The position numbers and the translations under genes are program-made. This document shows, piece by piece, positions 11,924 to 22,557 of a stretch of DNA of 64,000 nucleotides. The first letter of the stretch is position 1, and every line of letters starts with the position of its first letter. The notes beneath the pieces were generated by a model. It was given only the letters and a program-made list of their open reading frames with translations, did not search any database and had not been told where the DNA came from. Source of the stretch: Tetramitus jugosus (taxonomy: Eukaryota > Protista > Heterolobosea); assembly GCA_937625935.1 (NCBI GenBank), contig OW569380.1, positions 1 to 64,000 of the forward strand, read 5' to 3'.

Positions 11924-12166
11924 ATGAGTATGAGCAAAGGAAACGCAAAGGCCTTAGCTGTCACTGCATATGACATCCAAATGATGCTCGCCTGTGAGGT
12001 CCACAAGGGTACCAAGAACTGCGAGAAGGCTATGGAAAAGTACGTCCACACCAGAAGAGTTTCTGATGTTCACTTGTTGAACTTGGGTAAGACTTGGGAA
12101 AAGTAGATGCTTGCTGCAAGAATCATCGTTACCATTGAAAACCCATCTGATATCTGTGCTATCTCT
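11924..12166 (+). pseudogene. RPSA: 40S ribosomal protein SA (uS2) truncated pseudogene
   Basis: DIQMMLACEVHKGTKN...[30 protein letters not shown]; in-frame TAG at 12104-12106; truncated after ~80 codons. Confidence 0.9.
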
Positions 12167-12785
12167 GAATGTGTTCCACCTCGTAATCGCAATACGTTTC
12201 CGTTGCCACGTAGGTTTCTGTTCGGGTGGTTGTTGTGGGCAGAGGACTGGTGTCAGTCAGGGATTGTCTTGGGCACCCATTGTGTTTCATACACTGGAAC
12301 AACACCTCGACGTTGCGACGTTCGGAATAGGTTTCCATGATGGGTTCCATACATTCTTTGCAATGCTTGGTGAGCTTGTAAGTCAGGCCACTGAACAAGA
12401 TTCACATCACGAGACGAGCAATCAAGTAAAGATTGAACAAGTTCTTGAGAGACTCACTGATTGTAATTCCCGCTTCATCTCCTTCTCATCGATTATTATC
12501 ACATTCTCAGCAAGTTTCATCAATTCACAATATCTGGCTGCTGTCTTTTCTTCCATGTGTTGATCTTTCATCCAGAGAGGGATTATTTTGCTTGTAGAAG
12601 AATGATTTACAGCAACTGTTGAATGGATGCCCAAAACGGGTATCAGTGGAGTTTAACCTCAAGAAATGACGGAATGTCGTGTCAGCAACGGAAGTAGCCG
12701 TTGAGTTCGGAAGATAATCCCCTGTTACAGTTTGTCAGGAACTCAATTCCTCACAAAAAAAACAAAACAACACAAGGACACGACA

Positions 12786-15500
12786 ATGGACTCAAAACGT
12801 GCTGCAGCTAATATTAAGAACGTGCAATCGCAGTTGAGCAAGTTGGAACAAAAAGCAACATCCAAAACCCTCATCAACAATTTGACAATGTATCAGAGAG
12901 ATCTGGCAACTGTCGACAAGAATTTGAATGAGTTGGTCAATGCCAAATTGGAAGGCAGTGAGTTTGAAAGCCAAATCCAAGAGTTAATCCAACACAAGCA
13001 CCGTATTGAACAAGCAGCCAAAGATACATTGATTGAAGCAGAAGTTGATCGTGTGAGAAGGACTTATGAGACAAAGATTAAGGGTGCCAAATTCTCTGAC
13101 AAGGAAGCTGCTGTATTAGAGGGAAGCTTTAATGACTTGAAGCAAAAGTATCCAGAGTCCAATGTAGTGGAACAATTCATTCAAGAAGCAAGAATAGCCA
13201 TTGCAGACAAGTTGGGTGTGTCTGCACCTCAGCCTTCAGCTTCAACTGTTTCAGCGGTTACAACTACTACCACATCTACTCCTCTTGTTGCTGCAAAGAA
13301 GGAGACACCAATTGCTACTGCAACCTCATCTCCTGCAGTGCAACCTGCACTTGGATCTGAGGCGTTTTTCAAGAATGCAGCAATTGCCAAAATAGAGTCT
13401 CAGCTGGATTCTGCCCAGAGCAGTGCATCTAAGCCAACATCGACTGCAGAGTCAGCTTTGGAGAGAGCAAAGGGCTACTTGAAAGATGCTCAAGCAAAAT
13501 TAAGCAGTGAAATCGAGCAGTTCAACTATTTGGATCATTTCAATCAGCGATACACAGCCATTCGCCAACAGATCGCAGTGACACATGCTGAGAAGGATCT
13601 GAGTGCTGTGGAGAAGAAACTTGTGCAAGCAGAGCAAAAGGTCTCAAAGGGTTTGGGTTCCGCTACCTTTGACAAGGTGATCAGGGATTATGATGTTCTC
13701 ATCTCTGAAGTTAAGGGCAAGAAGGATACATTCTCAGCAATCGAATCACAATGGCAACAGCTAGTTGAGAAGCACGAGCAACTTTCAGTACAGTTCCAGC
13801 AAAAAAACAAGGATGTGACAGCTGGTCAGCAACAAGAAGAACAATTGAAGTTTGCAAGGTCTGCAATTGCTCACTTGGAGAGCTCTCTCGAGACAGGCAA
13901 GAAAGAAACAGTTGATGGCTCATTCCCAGCCAGTATCCGTGTTGACTTCTTTAACTGGGCTCGTTATAATGTTTCAGACGCCATCGGATCAAGTGAAACA
14001 AAAGATTACAATGTCTTCACCAACATCATTCATAACTGTGAAGTTATTGAGAGAATGAACATTGAGGGAACTGCAAGTGAGTTGCAGGCTCTCAAAGATG
14101 AAGCTGCCAAGTGCCATGCCATGCACTGCACTCAAGTATGTCTAACAAATCAATCTGATGGATATCTCCAATATCTGGCAAGATTCCCAAAGACCAGAGC
14201 TTATGCCCTCAAGAGACTCAGAGAAGAAATCAGATATAAGCATTTTGCAAAAGCAATCCACATGCTTCAAACTGACAAGAAGTATAACTTCTCAGATCCA
14301 GTAAAGACTCAGCCAGCTTCACTTGTCGATGAGCCTGATAACATTGAAGAGTGGTTGAAGCCTGACTATAAGACAGTAACTCCAAACAGTGTTAATGGAC
14401 AGTGTGGCTACATGTCCTTTGCCAATGCTCTTATTCCAAAGAATAATTCTGCCCGTCAAGCAGAGCAAACATTTACTTTGGGCAAGGACACTCACATCTA
14501 TGCAAGATGTTTCTGGCCTCAGAAGATTAATGAGATTCCAATTGCTTACGGTCCTAACAATAACTTAATACAACCACCAGCTACCCTGTCTCCAGTATTC
14601 CTTCATATGGAGTTGTTACTATTCGTAACAGTTGATGGAAAGAGATTTGAAAGGCTAGATCTACCTAAGAAGGCCTTGGCATACATGGTTGAGGACAGTG
14701 ACAGAGAGAATTCTTTCTACAATGATGCCACCACTTGCCAATTTGGCTGCTTTGTCAGTGATCTAAAATTGAGCGGATTCATTGAAGATGAATGGGACTT
14801 GATTCCATATCGTTTGACAAAACTTTTCTCCATGCTTTCAGCTGGTAACCATAAGATTGAGTTTGATCTGTGTTACAGATTGGTCACACATAATTACAAG
14901 GTGTTCCCAGGCGTCGATACTGCATGCAGCGAGCCTATTGCAAAGGGAGGATTTAATCTCGTTATTCCAAATGCTAATGCTATCCAATTGGCTGATCCAA
15001 TTCCAACTACCACTAAAACTAGTTCCCAACTCGCATTTGAGGATGCTCAAGAAGCAGAGAAAGCCATTGTTGACTTTTTGAAACAATCTGCTGAGTGGGG
15101 AAGTCGTGCAGACAGAACTGAGACAATTGTATCTGTACAAGTCACAGGCACTTACACTCCAGTCTTTGAGAGAAGAATTGTGGGCGACAGGGTCGTTGAC
15201 GTGCTGGTTCAATACACATTGCCATTCACACTTGTCTCCTACAGATCACCAAAGAAGGGCTGGAACAGAGAGTCCGTTGCAGTGTTTGAACTTAACGCTC
15301 ATACTCCTCGCATTGACAATGTTGCACCAAAGATCCCACCTATTGTGCATGTGTCTGTATCTATTGGCGCCTCTATCGATTTTGATGGTGAAGGAGTGTT
15401 GACTGACAACATTTTGAACAAGTACAATCTGAGAGATGCTTCTTTGGATGAGAATGAGAGACGAGGATTCAATCCAGCTGATCTTCCAGCAAACTTTTAG
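12786..15500 (+). CDS. Hypothetical ~900-aa protein, helical/coiled-coil N-half and globular C-half
   Basis: Long intact ORF with ATG in A-rich context; no recognised motif. Confidence 0.85.
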   Translation: MDSKRAAANIKNVQSQLSKLEQKATSKTLINNLTMYQRDLATVDKNLNELVNAKLEGSEFESQIQELIQHKHRIEQAAKDTLIEAEVDRVRRTYETKIKGAKFSDKEAAVLEGSFNDLKQKYPESNVVEQFIQEARIAIADKLGVSAPQPSASTVSAVTTTTTSTPLVAAKKETPIATATSSPAVQPALGSEAFFKNAAIAKIESQLDSAQSSASKPTSTAESALERAKGYLKDAQAKLSSEIEQFNYLDHFNQRYTAIRQQIAVTHAEKDLSAVEKKLVQAEQKVSKGLGSATFDKVIRDYDVLISEVKGKKDTFSAIESQWQQLVEKHEQLSVQFQQKNKDVTAGQQQEEQLKFARSAIAHLESSLETGKKETVDGSFPASIRVDFFNWARYNVSDAIGSSETKDYNVFTNIIHNCEVIERMNIEGTASELQALKDEAAKCHAMHCTQVCLTNQSDGYLQYLARFPKTRAYALKRLREEIRYKHFAKAIHMLQTDKKYNFSDPVKTQPASLVDEPDNIEEWLKPDYKTVTPNSVNGQCGYMSFANALIPKNNSARQAEQTFTLGKDTHIYARCFWPQKINEIPIAYGPNNNLIQPPATLSPVFLHMELLLFVTVDGKRFERLDLPKKALAYMVEDSDRENSFYNDATTCQFGCFVSDLKLSGFIEDEWDLIPYRLTKLFSMLSAGNHKIEFDLCYRLVTHNYKVFPGVDTACSEPIAKGGFNLVIPNANAIQLADPIPTTTKTSSQLAFEDAQEAEKAIVDFLKQSAEWGSRADRTETIVSVQVTGTYTPVFERRIVGDRVVDVLVQYTLPFTLVSYRSPKKGWNRESVAVFELNAHTPRIDNVAPKIPPIVHVSVSIGASIDFDGEGVLTDNILNKYNLRDASLDENERRGFNPADLPANF

Positions 15501-15804
15501 ATAAAATGTGCTATTTCTTCTCGAGCAATTCTGCAATGCCCGAGTGAAATAATGGACCGATAATTTTTGTGCCATATCTTTGTTGTTTCGCTCCTTGAGG
15601 TCATACAAAAAGTGTTGCAACTTGTCTTCTGTTGCCAATTCGACAATGAGATTTTATGCATTGATACAACCGAAGTTGCACTCGCGAGATTAGCTCATCG
15701 AACCCGCAGAAAACTGCAGACACCTTTATATTTTTTCCATTCTGGGACCATCCCAAAAAAGAATAATTTAGCCACTCCTCAAACAAAATCTCACAGAAAG
15801 AAAC

Positions 15805-16605
15805 ATGCGCATATGGTCTTTACATCCTAAGTATCTAGACGCCAAAGGAATCGTGGCTCTCTGGAGAGAAACATTACTTGCTCAGAAGGTGCTCCTTGGC
15901 CAGACCAAGGGTTACACAAAGCATCCTCAACTCAATCGATTCCGTCAATCGTTCTCTCCTCTCCACGCAATCTCTTCATATCTCGACCATGTGTACAAGG
16001 AAGCAACAGATCGCGGTTACACGTTTGATCAATCAAAGATTCATTACCAGAAACAGAAGCAAACTGAGAAGAAACTCCTTGTAACCAGAGGTCAGATTCA
16101 ATATGAAATGAAACACTTGCTAAATAAGCTCAAAGTTCGATCTCCCGAGAGGTTTCGAACATTGATCTATGGTCCCAATACTGACGAAAGCGATGAGGAT
16201 GAGGAGAACGAAGATGAAAAGTCCAAAGCAGACCAAGAGAAGGAAACCAAAGCAATAGAACAATTCGTTCAAGGAAACATTGATCCCCACCCTCTGTTCG
16301 AAGTTGTAGAAGGGAATATTGAAACCTGGGAAGTTGTTGAAACATCACCCAAGAAGATAAGTCCCAAGAGTAAGAAAACCAAGACCAAGAAGCAGAAAGT
16401 AGAAGAAGAGAAGCATCAAACTCTAATCATCGAGCCATCCTACCCAGTTACTGAGGTTTCAGAGAACAGACGAGTAACAAGGCAACTTTCAAGAAAGATG
16501 GCAGCTGCAAACACAACGACACCCAATCATCCATCTCCATCAAAGAGAAAAGGAGATTATGATAGTGAATCTTCTCCTCTCAAGAAGTACAAGAGTAAAC
16601 AGTGA
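15805..16605 (+). CDS. Pyrimidine-dimer DNA glycosylase / T4 endonuclease V-like protein with basic C-terminal tail
   Basis: MRIWSLHPKYLDAKGIVALWRETLLAQKVL..GYTKHPQLNRF, VTRGQIQYE..HL..KL..R, HPLF..VEG.IE.WE. Confidence 0.88.
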   Translation: MRIWSLHPKYLDAKGIVALWRETLLAQKVLLGQTKGYTKHPQLNRFRQSFSPLHAISSYLDHVYKEATDRGYTFDQSKIHYQKQKQTEKKLLVTRGQIQYEMKHLLNKLKVRSPERFRTLIYGPNTDESDEDEENEDEKSKADQEKETKAIEQFVQGNIDPHPLFEVVEGNIETWEVVETSPKKISPKSKKTKTKKQKVEEEKHQTLIIEPSYPVTEVSENRRVTRQLSRKMAAANTTTPNHPSPSKRKGDYDSESSPLKKYKSKQ

Positions 16606-16760
16606 GAGAAACATTTATTCAAATTTCCTTGTATCAGAGACTTTGCAACCCTGCGGGAAAAACTAATGTTCCAGGAAAAACGAACTGGTTGTTCTTCCGG
16701 AGATACTCTTGGTTTTCCTGAGCACTGCATTTGTTCAGAAAATTCAACCAGACGCATCCA

Positions 16761-19700
16761 ATGAGAGTAGTGAAAAGTAGATGCGAAGTGAAATCGTTCA
16801 CGACAGCAAGGTACATGGCATCTCTGCCTAGTTCTCTATCTTCCATGCACAAAGATTCTTTGCCGCCCAACTCTACCAATTCTCATGTCAATGGAGACTC
16901 GATTGCAGAGAGATCATGTACTTTCGACAGAAGAGTAGAAATTGATGACGTTTCACAAATGAACAAGACCCATATTGATCGTTTGTTTCAAGTGAGAAAT
17001 TTGGATGATATTCGATTTGTAATTCGTGAGGCTATCAAGAATCAAAAACATGTTTCTGTGAGAGGGCAAGCACATACCATGGGTGGTCAAAGTATTACTC
17101 AGGGAGGATATGTGATTGATATGAAGTATATGAATCGCATGGAACTCTTAGCACCGCAAGAAGGCACTCATGCTCACAATACCAATAACAATGCGATGAG
17201 AATGGTACGTGTTGAGTGCGGTGCCACTTGGGGCGAACTATTGTACTATTTAAACCAATTTGGCTTAGCCCCAATGATCATGCAGTCTTACTGTTCATTC
17301 TCCATTGGAGGAACGATATCTGTCAATGCACATGGTGTCACATCAGACTTTGCTATGCATGAATCTATTGTGAGCATAGAACTAATCAATGATCGTGGTG
17401 AAATCGTAGTGTGCGACAACGTTGGCAAAAATCAACACTTGTTTCGCAATGTTGTTGGTGGTTTTGGACTCTTTGGAGTGTTACACTCTGTCACACTCAA
17501 AGTCGTGCCCAATAGCAAGATGTATTTGGAATCTGCACTGATCAAACAACCAGAGCATTTCAAGCACTACTATGAGCAATTATTGAACGACGACTCGGTA
17601 GAGGTAAAAATTGCTCGAATTAACATCACCAATATGAGAGACATTTATCTCACCGTCTTTAGAAAGATTGGAAACAGTAATACTGGTACGATATCAGACC
17701 TCGGAGATGAACCAAAACAGATGAGTCTGTTGTACAGATTGATTTACAAATGGTTTATTCCTCTTCATATTATGCAAAAAGTACGTTATGCCTTGGAAGG
17801 TTATCTTCATAGACCATTAGATTGGGATGGCCATGGGGATCGCAATGTATTAATGTATGAATCAGCCGATTCTCTGGCGAAACTGTGGCAACCGTTGATT
17901 CCCCTGGACCGTACCTTTATTCTTCAGGAGTACTTTGTGCCCCATGACAACTTTGTACCTTGGATGGAAGAACTTCACACTTTGTTCAGAAGTAACAAAC
18001 TAAAACTCAGCAAACTATTGAATATTACAATTAGGTACATTAGAAAGGACCAAACATCCAACCTACCATATGCCCCAAGTAACATGTTTTCTTTCGTGTT
18101 TTACTATCGTACTCGAAGAACTACAGACGCTGATGAGGAACTACGAACGATTCACATGAAGCTGAATGACATGGCACTCAAATATAGTGGAACATTTTAT
18201 TTACCTTATAGGCATCACTATTCCCTCGAACAATTATGTCAGGCTTACCCAAATATTTCAGAATTCTTTCAGAATAAGGCACTTTATGACAAATCTAACC
18301 TCTTTTCAAACACTTGGTATCAAGCCTGGGCACCACATTTCATTGAAAGGTTGCATAACGTAATCCACTCCCACAGTATTGAAAACCAGCATGAGACGAC
18401 ACCCTTGAAGATGAGCCATATCGAACCACATCGAGATCGCTCCTTGATTGAAGTAATTCGCTCTATTCCACTCAAAAAGAAGTTTGAAAAGTTTCTTTTT
18501 ACAGTGTTCAACATTGAAAATCCCAGAGCACTCCTTGCTCTTACGACGCGCATTGTTTGGAGCAAAGTCAACAAGACAGATTTAGATGTTTATCAAGAAC
18601 TTCAAGATACTCTGCGAAATCGATCACCAGCATTCTACTTTACTGCTAGAAATGCTTACATGACTGTCCGACAATTGGTTGACCAGAGAAAAGAGATTAG
18701 TGATGAAGTTGTATCAATTGTATCTCGTCTTGGTATGGCAGGTGCTATCCAAAGTTATGCTTCCTTTGGAGATGCAGGAAGATTAGTTCAATCACTAAAG
18801 AAAAAGTTGAAAATGAAAGGAAAAACCTATATTATCCATGACAAACAGAACATCATGGATGTTATTGAACGAGGAAGTATCAGATCTGTTGGTACGTTTA
18901 TTTCATTCGACTACAACAATGTCAATGATATTAATATAGAATCGAATAGTGTGGACCTTGTGACAATCAGCATGGGTCTACATCACTTCCGAGTTGAAAA
19001 ACTTGACACAGTTTTGCAACTGGTGTATCGCATTCTCAAACCTGGAGGTGTTTTCATTTTTAGAGAACATGACGCAAGACCAGAGATTATCCCTCTTCTT
19101 GATGCTGCTCATACAATCTTTAATGCTGTAACTGGTGTTCCTTTAGAAGAGGAAAGTTCCGAAATCCGTCTCTTCAGAAGTGTTAATGAATGGCGAAGTA
19201 TTGTAACTGCCTCTGGATTTCAAGATTCTTATCTCTATGAGTTGCAGCATGATGATCCCACTGAAGATTTCATGTTATGCTTTACGAAGCCTATCGCACC
19301 ATTGATGGAACAAACGTTAACGAGTCAACTTGACGATATCAGACACGATTTAACATCAAAGGGCATTCAATTGATTCAATCCAATTCTGCGTCGAGCTAT
19401 TTTAGATTGAATGAATGGATGATTGTCCGATTTGTTAAGGAGTACGCGGCATTCTTGAATCATACTCCATGGTACCAATTTCCCTACAATCGATACACCA
19501 AACTATTCTGGCAAAGTCTCATGAATAACACACTATCTGTTGCTAGAACCAGAGGCTGGCTTCAAGCCTTGACCGATCCAGGAATGGTCATGAATGGAGT
19601 AATGGCTACAGTTCTGACCCTGTTCTTCAGTCAACTGAGTCTGTTAGCTCTTCCAATCAAGTTGGCGCTCAGTAGTGGTCAGAAGAAGGTTGAAGTAGAA

Positions 19701-20234
19701 CAGCTGATTATCTCTTCCGGACATTTGATTGAATGGTCTCGCATCGACCAACGTATTACAGTCAAGAAGGTTCTCAAGTTGCCATCTGTTATTGGTAACG
19801 TAAATCATGATGAACTCGTGTCGGGACTCATTCAGGACCACGAGAAGGGATCATATGTGTTTCTGTTAGAAATTCCCAGGCATCAACCATTCACTGAAAT
19901 CTTAATGAATATGGTAAAAACAAACCGAGAACCTGTGGAACTATTGCAAATCTCAGGTCAGAGTGATGACCTTTTGGTTGAAATTTTGGTCTTAGAACAT
20001 CCGAACATGCAGAATTCGGGAGAGTATGTCAACTCGGTAATTACCGAACTGAAGCAAAAAGTGGGAGATCTGTCTTGTCTCGAAGTGTTATACCAATTCC
20101 AATACCCCAACCCAGAAATTGGCGGTGTCCATGTGGCCCTCAAGGTACAAATTCCAAAACTTCTTCAAGTGTTAGCAGCTTGCCATAACATGAACAATGT
20201 CATTCGAGTGATTCAAGCATATGACTTCATCTAA
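16761..20234 (+). CDS. FAD-linked oxidoreductase (FAD_binding_4) fused to class I SAM methyltransferase and unknown C-terminal domain
   Basis: VRGQAHTMGGQ, FSIGGTISVNAHG, GGFGLFGV, LQEYFVP, GTFYLPY; later VDLVTISMGLHH, RILKPGGVFIFREHD; start uncertain. Confidence 0.85.
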   Translation: MRVVKSRCEVKSFTTARYMASLPSSLSSMHKDSLPPNSTNSHVNGDSIAERSCTFDRRVEIDDVSQMNKTHIDRLFQVRNLDDIRFVIREAIKNQKHVSVRGQAHTMGGQSITQGGYVIDMKYMNRMELLAPQEGTHAHNTNNNAMRMVRVECGATWGELLYYLNQFGLAPMIMQSYCSFSIGGTISVNAHGVTSDFAMHESIVSIELINDRGEIVVCDNVGKNQHLFRNVVGGFGLFGVLHSVTLKVVPNSKMYLESALIKQPEHFKHYYEQLLNDDSVEVKIARINITNMRDIYLTVFRKIGNSNTGTISDLGDEPKQMSLLYRLIYKWFIPLHIMQKVRYALEGYLHRPLDWDGHGDRNVLMYESADSLAKLWQPLIPLDRTFILQEYFVPHDNFVPWMEELHTLFRSNKLKLSKLLNITIRYIRKDQTSNLPYAPSNMFSFVFYYRTRRTTDADEELRTIHMKLNDMALKYSGTFYLPYRHHYSLEQLCQAYPNISEFFQNKALYDKSNLFSNTWYQAWAPHFIERLHNVIHSHSIENQHETTPLKMSHIEPHRDRSLIEVIRSIPLKKKFEKFLFTVFNIENPRALLALTTRIVWSKVNKTDLDVYQELQDTLRNRSPAFYFTARNAYMTVRQLVDQRKEISDEVVSIVSRLGMAGAIQSYASFGDAGRLVQSLKKKLKMKGKTYIIHDKQNIMDVIERGSIRSVGTFISFDYNNVNDINIESNSVDLVTISMGLHHFRVEKLDTVLQLVYRILKPGGVFIFREHDARPEIIPLLDAAHTIFNAVTGVPLEEESSEIRLFRSVNEWRSIVTASGFQDSYLYELQHDDPTEDFMLCFTKPIAPLMEQTLTSQLDDIRHDLTSKGIQLIQSNSASSYFRLNEWMIVRFVKEYAAFLNHTPWYQFPYNRYTKLFWQSLMNNTLSVARTRGWLQALTDPGMVMNGVMATVLTLFFSQLSLLALPIKLALSSGQKKVEVEQLIISSGHLIEWSRIDQRITVKKVLKLPSVIGNVNHDELVSGLIQDHEKGSYVFLLEIPRHQPFTEILMNMVKTNREPVELLQISGQSDDLLVEILVLEHPNMQNSGEYVNSVITELKQKVGDLSCLEVLYQFQYPNPEIGGVHVALKVQIPKLLQVLAACHNMNNVIRVIQAYDFI

Positions 20235-20273
20235 AACGTGCCCTTTATTTATTCTCAAGTTTCAGCACTCTGA

Positions 20274-20942
20274 TCAAATAGAAATGAATAGAACAGACAG
20301 GATCAGAGCAATCATCGAAGACAGAATAAAGCTACTTCTGCTCCTACCACTAGAACTAAAGGCGATATAGGGCTTCACATTATTGTAGTTACCACCTGGC
20401 GCATAATTGCACACGACATTGTTCGTATATTTTACATTTTCGCACTTGGCACGCCCACATCCCAATCTGGTAGTATTGGCCCACACCAACTGCGTATAAT
20501 GCCCGCACACTGCACCAGATTTACACTTGTTTGTTGAGAGAGTATAGTCCTTCTTCTCTGCATCCCACGCATTGACAACAGAAGTCATGTTGGTCACTGA
20601 TCCAGTCGATGCATAAATGTTTTCACCAACATAGGTGGGATAGTTCATGGAACGGTTGACATTGTGCGCCACCAGTGTCTGGCCTGCATTGGCAACACAC
20701 TTGTTCACATAATTCTGAGAAATAGTGGCCCGATCATCATCCCAGACAAGAGTAGTCATGTACAGGGCTTTTGGCTGCACAATACTTCGAAAGTAGTTGT
20801 GCGCGTCGAGGATGGCTTGTTTTTCAGTGCTTGACAGAGGCAGAGATGTGCTCTGACTGTTGACAGACACACACGAGAACAATAAGAAGCAGCAGAGACA
20901 AAATGATAAGAGCACAGTCTGGGTGGCAGAGAACTGACGCAT
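20274..20942 (-). CDS. CAP/SCP/PR-1 domain secreted protein, possibly GPI- or TM-anchored
   Basis: HNYFRS, GENIY, CGHYTQLVWA, VCNYAPGGN; signal peptide and hydrophobic C-terminus. Confidence 0.95.
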   Translation of the reverse strand: MRQFSATQTVLLSFCLCCFLLFSCVSVNSQSTSLPLSSTEKQAILDAHNYFRSIVQPKALYMTTLVWDDDRATISQNYVNKCVANAGQTLVAHNVNRSMNYPTYVGENIYASTGSVTNMTSVVNAWDAEKKDYTLSTNKCKSGAVCGHYTQLVWANTTRLGCGRAKCENVKYTNNVVCNYAPGGNYNNVKPYIAFSSSGRSRSSFILSSMIALILSVLFISI

Positions 20943-21373
20943 TTTTCTGGGATGAGATGGTTTCTAAGTGTCGTGAATTTTGTGAATGACGGATGAAAAA
21001 TGAAATCTATTTGTCCGGAATCTGACCGACCGTTACGAACAACCTACACTTGCGGAATTTCCAACCAGTCCAGTTGCACATATGAACTTATCATGATCGC
21101 AAATGTTCATGTGGTGACTCTCTAGCTGTCTCAGATAACAATCACCCAACCATCATCAAAAGATTTGCCTCTCAGATTCGGGATTTTGACCCAACAAAAA
21201 AACTCGCATTCAATAGTTTCGTTGAACGCTCTTTTGTCCAAACGAACGCACACAGACCTGGTGAGGAAAACGCACACTCATTTTTCACAATCGCACCCCT
21301 TCTTCTTTGAAAAAAAAATCACCAATTCACAACAACAACAACCAAATCAACAACAATCAAATCAACAACAACA

Positions 21374-22477
21374 ATGGCACAAACCGTTCAAGACCAAATC
21401 ATTCGTCAAGTCGAATTCTACTTTAGTGACTCTAACCTACCAAAAGACAAGTTTTTGAGAAGCATTGTGGCCAATGACCCTGCTGGATTCGTCCCTATTG
21501 ACACCATTGCCAACTTTAAGCGCATGCAACAATTGACTACTGACTCTTCAGTCGTTGTCTCTGCCCTCAAAAATTCCACCATGCTCCAAGTCGATGAAAC
21601 TGAAAAATTGGTGAGACGTGTGACACCTCTGCCAATGGAAGACAAATCCGATGAGAGAAGTGTCTATGTCAAGGGATTGCCATCTGACTCTTCCATTGAT
21701 ACCATTACTCAATTCATGGAAAACAAGTTTGGAAAGGTTCTCTCTGTGAGAATGAGACGTTACAATGGAACAAAGGACTTTAAGGGATCTGCTTTTGTGG
21801 AGATGGAGAGTGAAGACAAGGCAAAGCAAGCTGCTGAATCAAAGGATGTCAAGTATGCCGAATCTGATGAGAAGCCACTCGAGTTGAAGATGAAGCAAGA
21901 ATGGGAAGAAGAAAAGAGAAAACAAAAGGAAGAGAGAAGGCAGAGCAAGGCATCTGCTGATTCCACCAAGGAAGACGCTGCCAACGCCATCAACATTGAA
22001 GAGCTAAAGAGCAACCTCAAGTTTACACCAAGTTGCCTCGTCAAGATTTCCAACATTGGTTCAGAAGAAGAAGTCACTTTTGACATGTTGAAGGAAGAGT
22101 TGAAGAAGCACGGTGAAGCAGCCTATGTTGATTATCCATTGGCTGATGACAAGACTGTTGCCATTATTCGATTCAATAACGCTGAAGACGCAAAGAAGAC
22201 TGTTGATACATTGAACGAACAAAAGCAAAAGTTTGGTGGTCAAGAGTGCAAATTTGAAGTCTTGAGTGCTGAAGACGAAGAAAAGTACTATTTGGATGCT
22301 GCTGTTTCCAGAGCTACCAGAAGAGCTGAACAAAGAGGAAAGAGAGGTGGTCGTGGTGGTGGCCGTGGCGGTAGAGGAGGCCGTGGTGGAAGAGGTGGCA
22401 GAGGTGGTGGCCGTGGAGGCAAGAGAAGGAGAGACGATGGTGACTCTAGAGACAACAAGAGGTCTCGTCAAGAGTAA
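21374..22477 (+). CDS. SSB: La protein (La motif, RRM1, RRM2, RGG tail)
   Basis: IIRQVEFYFSDSNLPKDKFL, RSVYVKG, FKGSAFVE, RGG repeats. Confidence 0.93.
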   Translation: MAQTVQDQIIRQVEFYFSDSNLPKDKFLRSIVANDPAGFVPIDTIANFKRMQQLTTDSSVVVSALKNSTMLQVDETEKLVRRVTPLPMEDKSDERSVYVKGLPSDSSIDTITQFMENKFGKVLSVRMRRYNGTKDFKGSAFVEMESEDKAKQAAESKDVKYAESDEKPLELKMKQEWEEEKRKQKEERRQSKASADSTKEDAANAINIEELKSNLKFTPSCLVKISNIGSEEEVTFDMLKEELKKHGEAAYVDYPLADDKTVAIIRFNNAEDAKKTVDTLNEQKQKFGGQECKFEVLSAEDEEKYYLDAAVSRATRRAEQRGKRGGRGGGRGGRGGRGGRGGRGGGRGGKRRRDDGDSRDNKRSRQE

Positions 22478-22557
22478 ACAATGACCTACTAGAATCAATT
22501 TTGCATCCATGATCAATCTTTACACGAAATATTTCTATTCTTTCTTTTCCTTGGTGG

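Noticed and set aside
11220-12106. Stop-codon reassignment (TGA at a conserved Trp in TARG1, TAG at a Leu in RPSA)
   Set aside because: Both fragments are otherwise truncated, and intact genes in the window end normally at TGA, TAG and TAA.
21374-22477. Telomerase p65/LARP7 subunit because of its telomere-proximal location
   Set aside because: The compact LaM-RRM1-RRM2 plus RGG tail fits genuine La, and location is not evidence.
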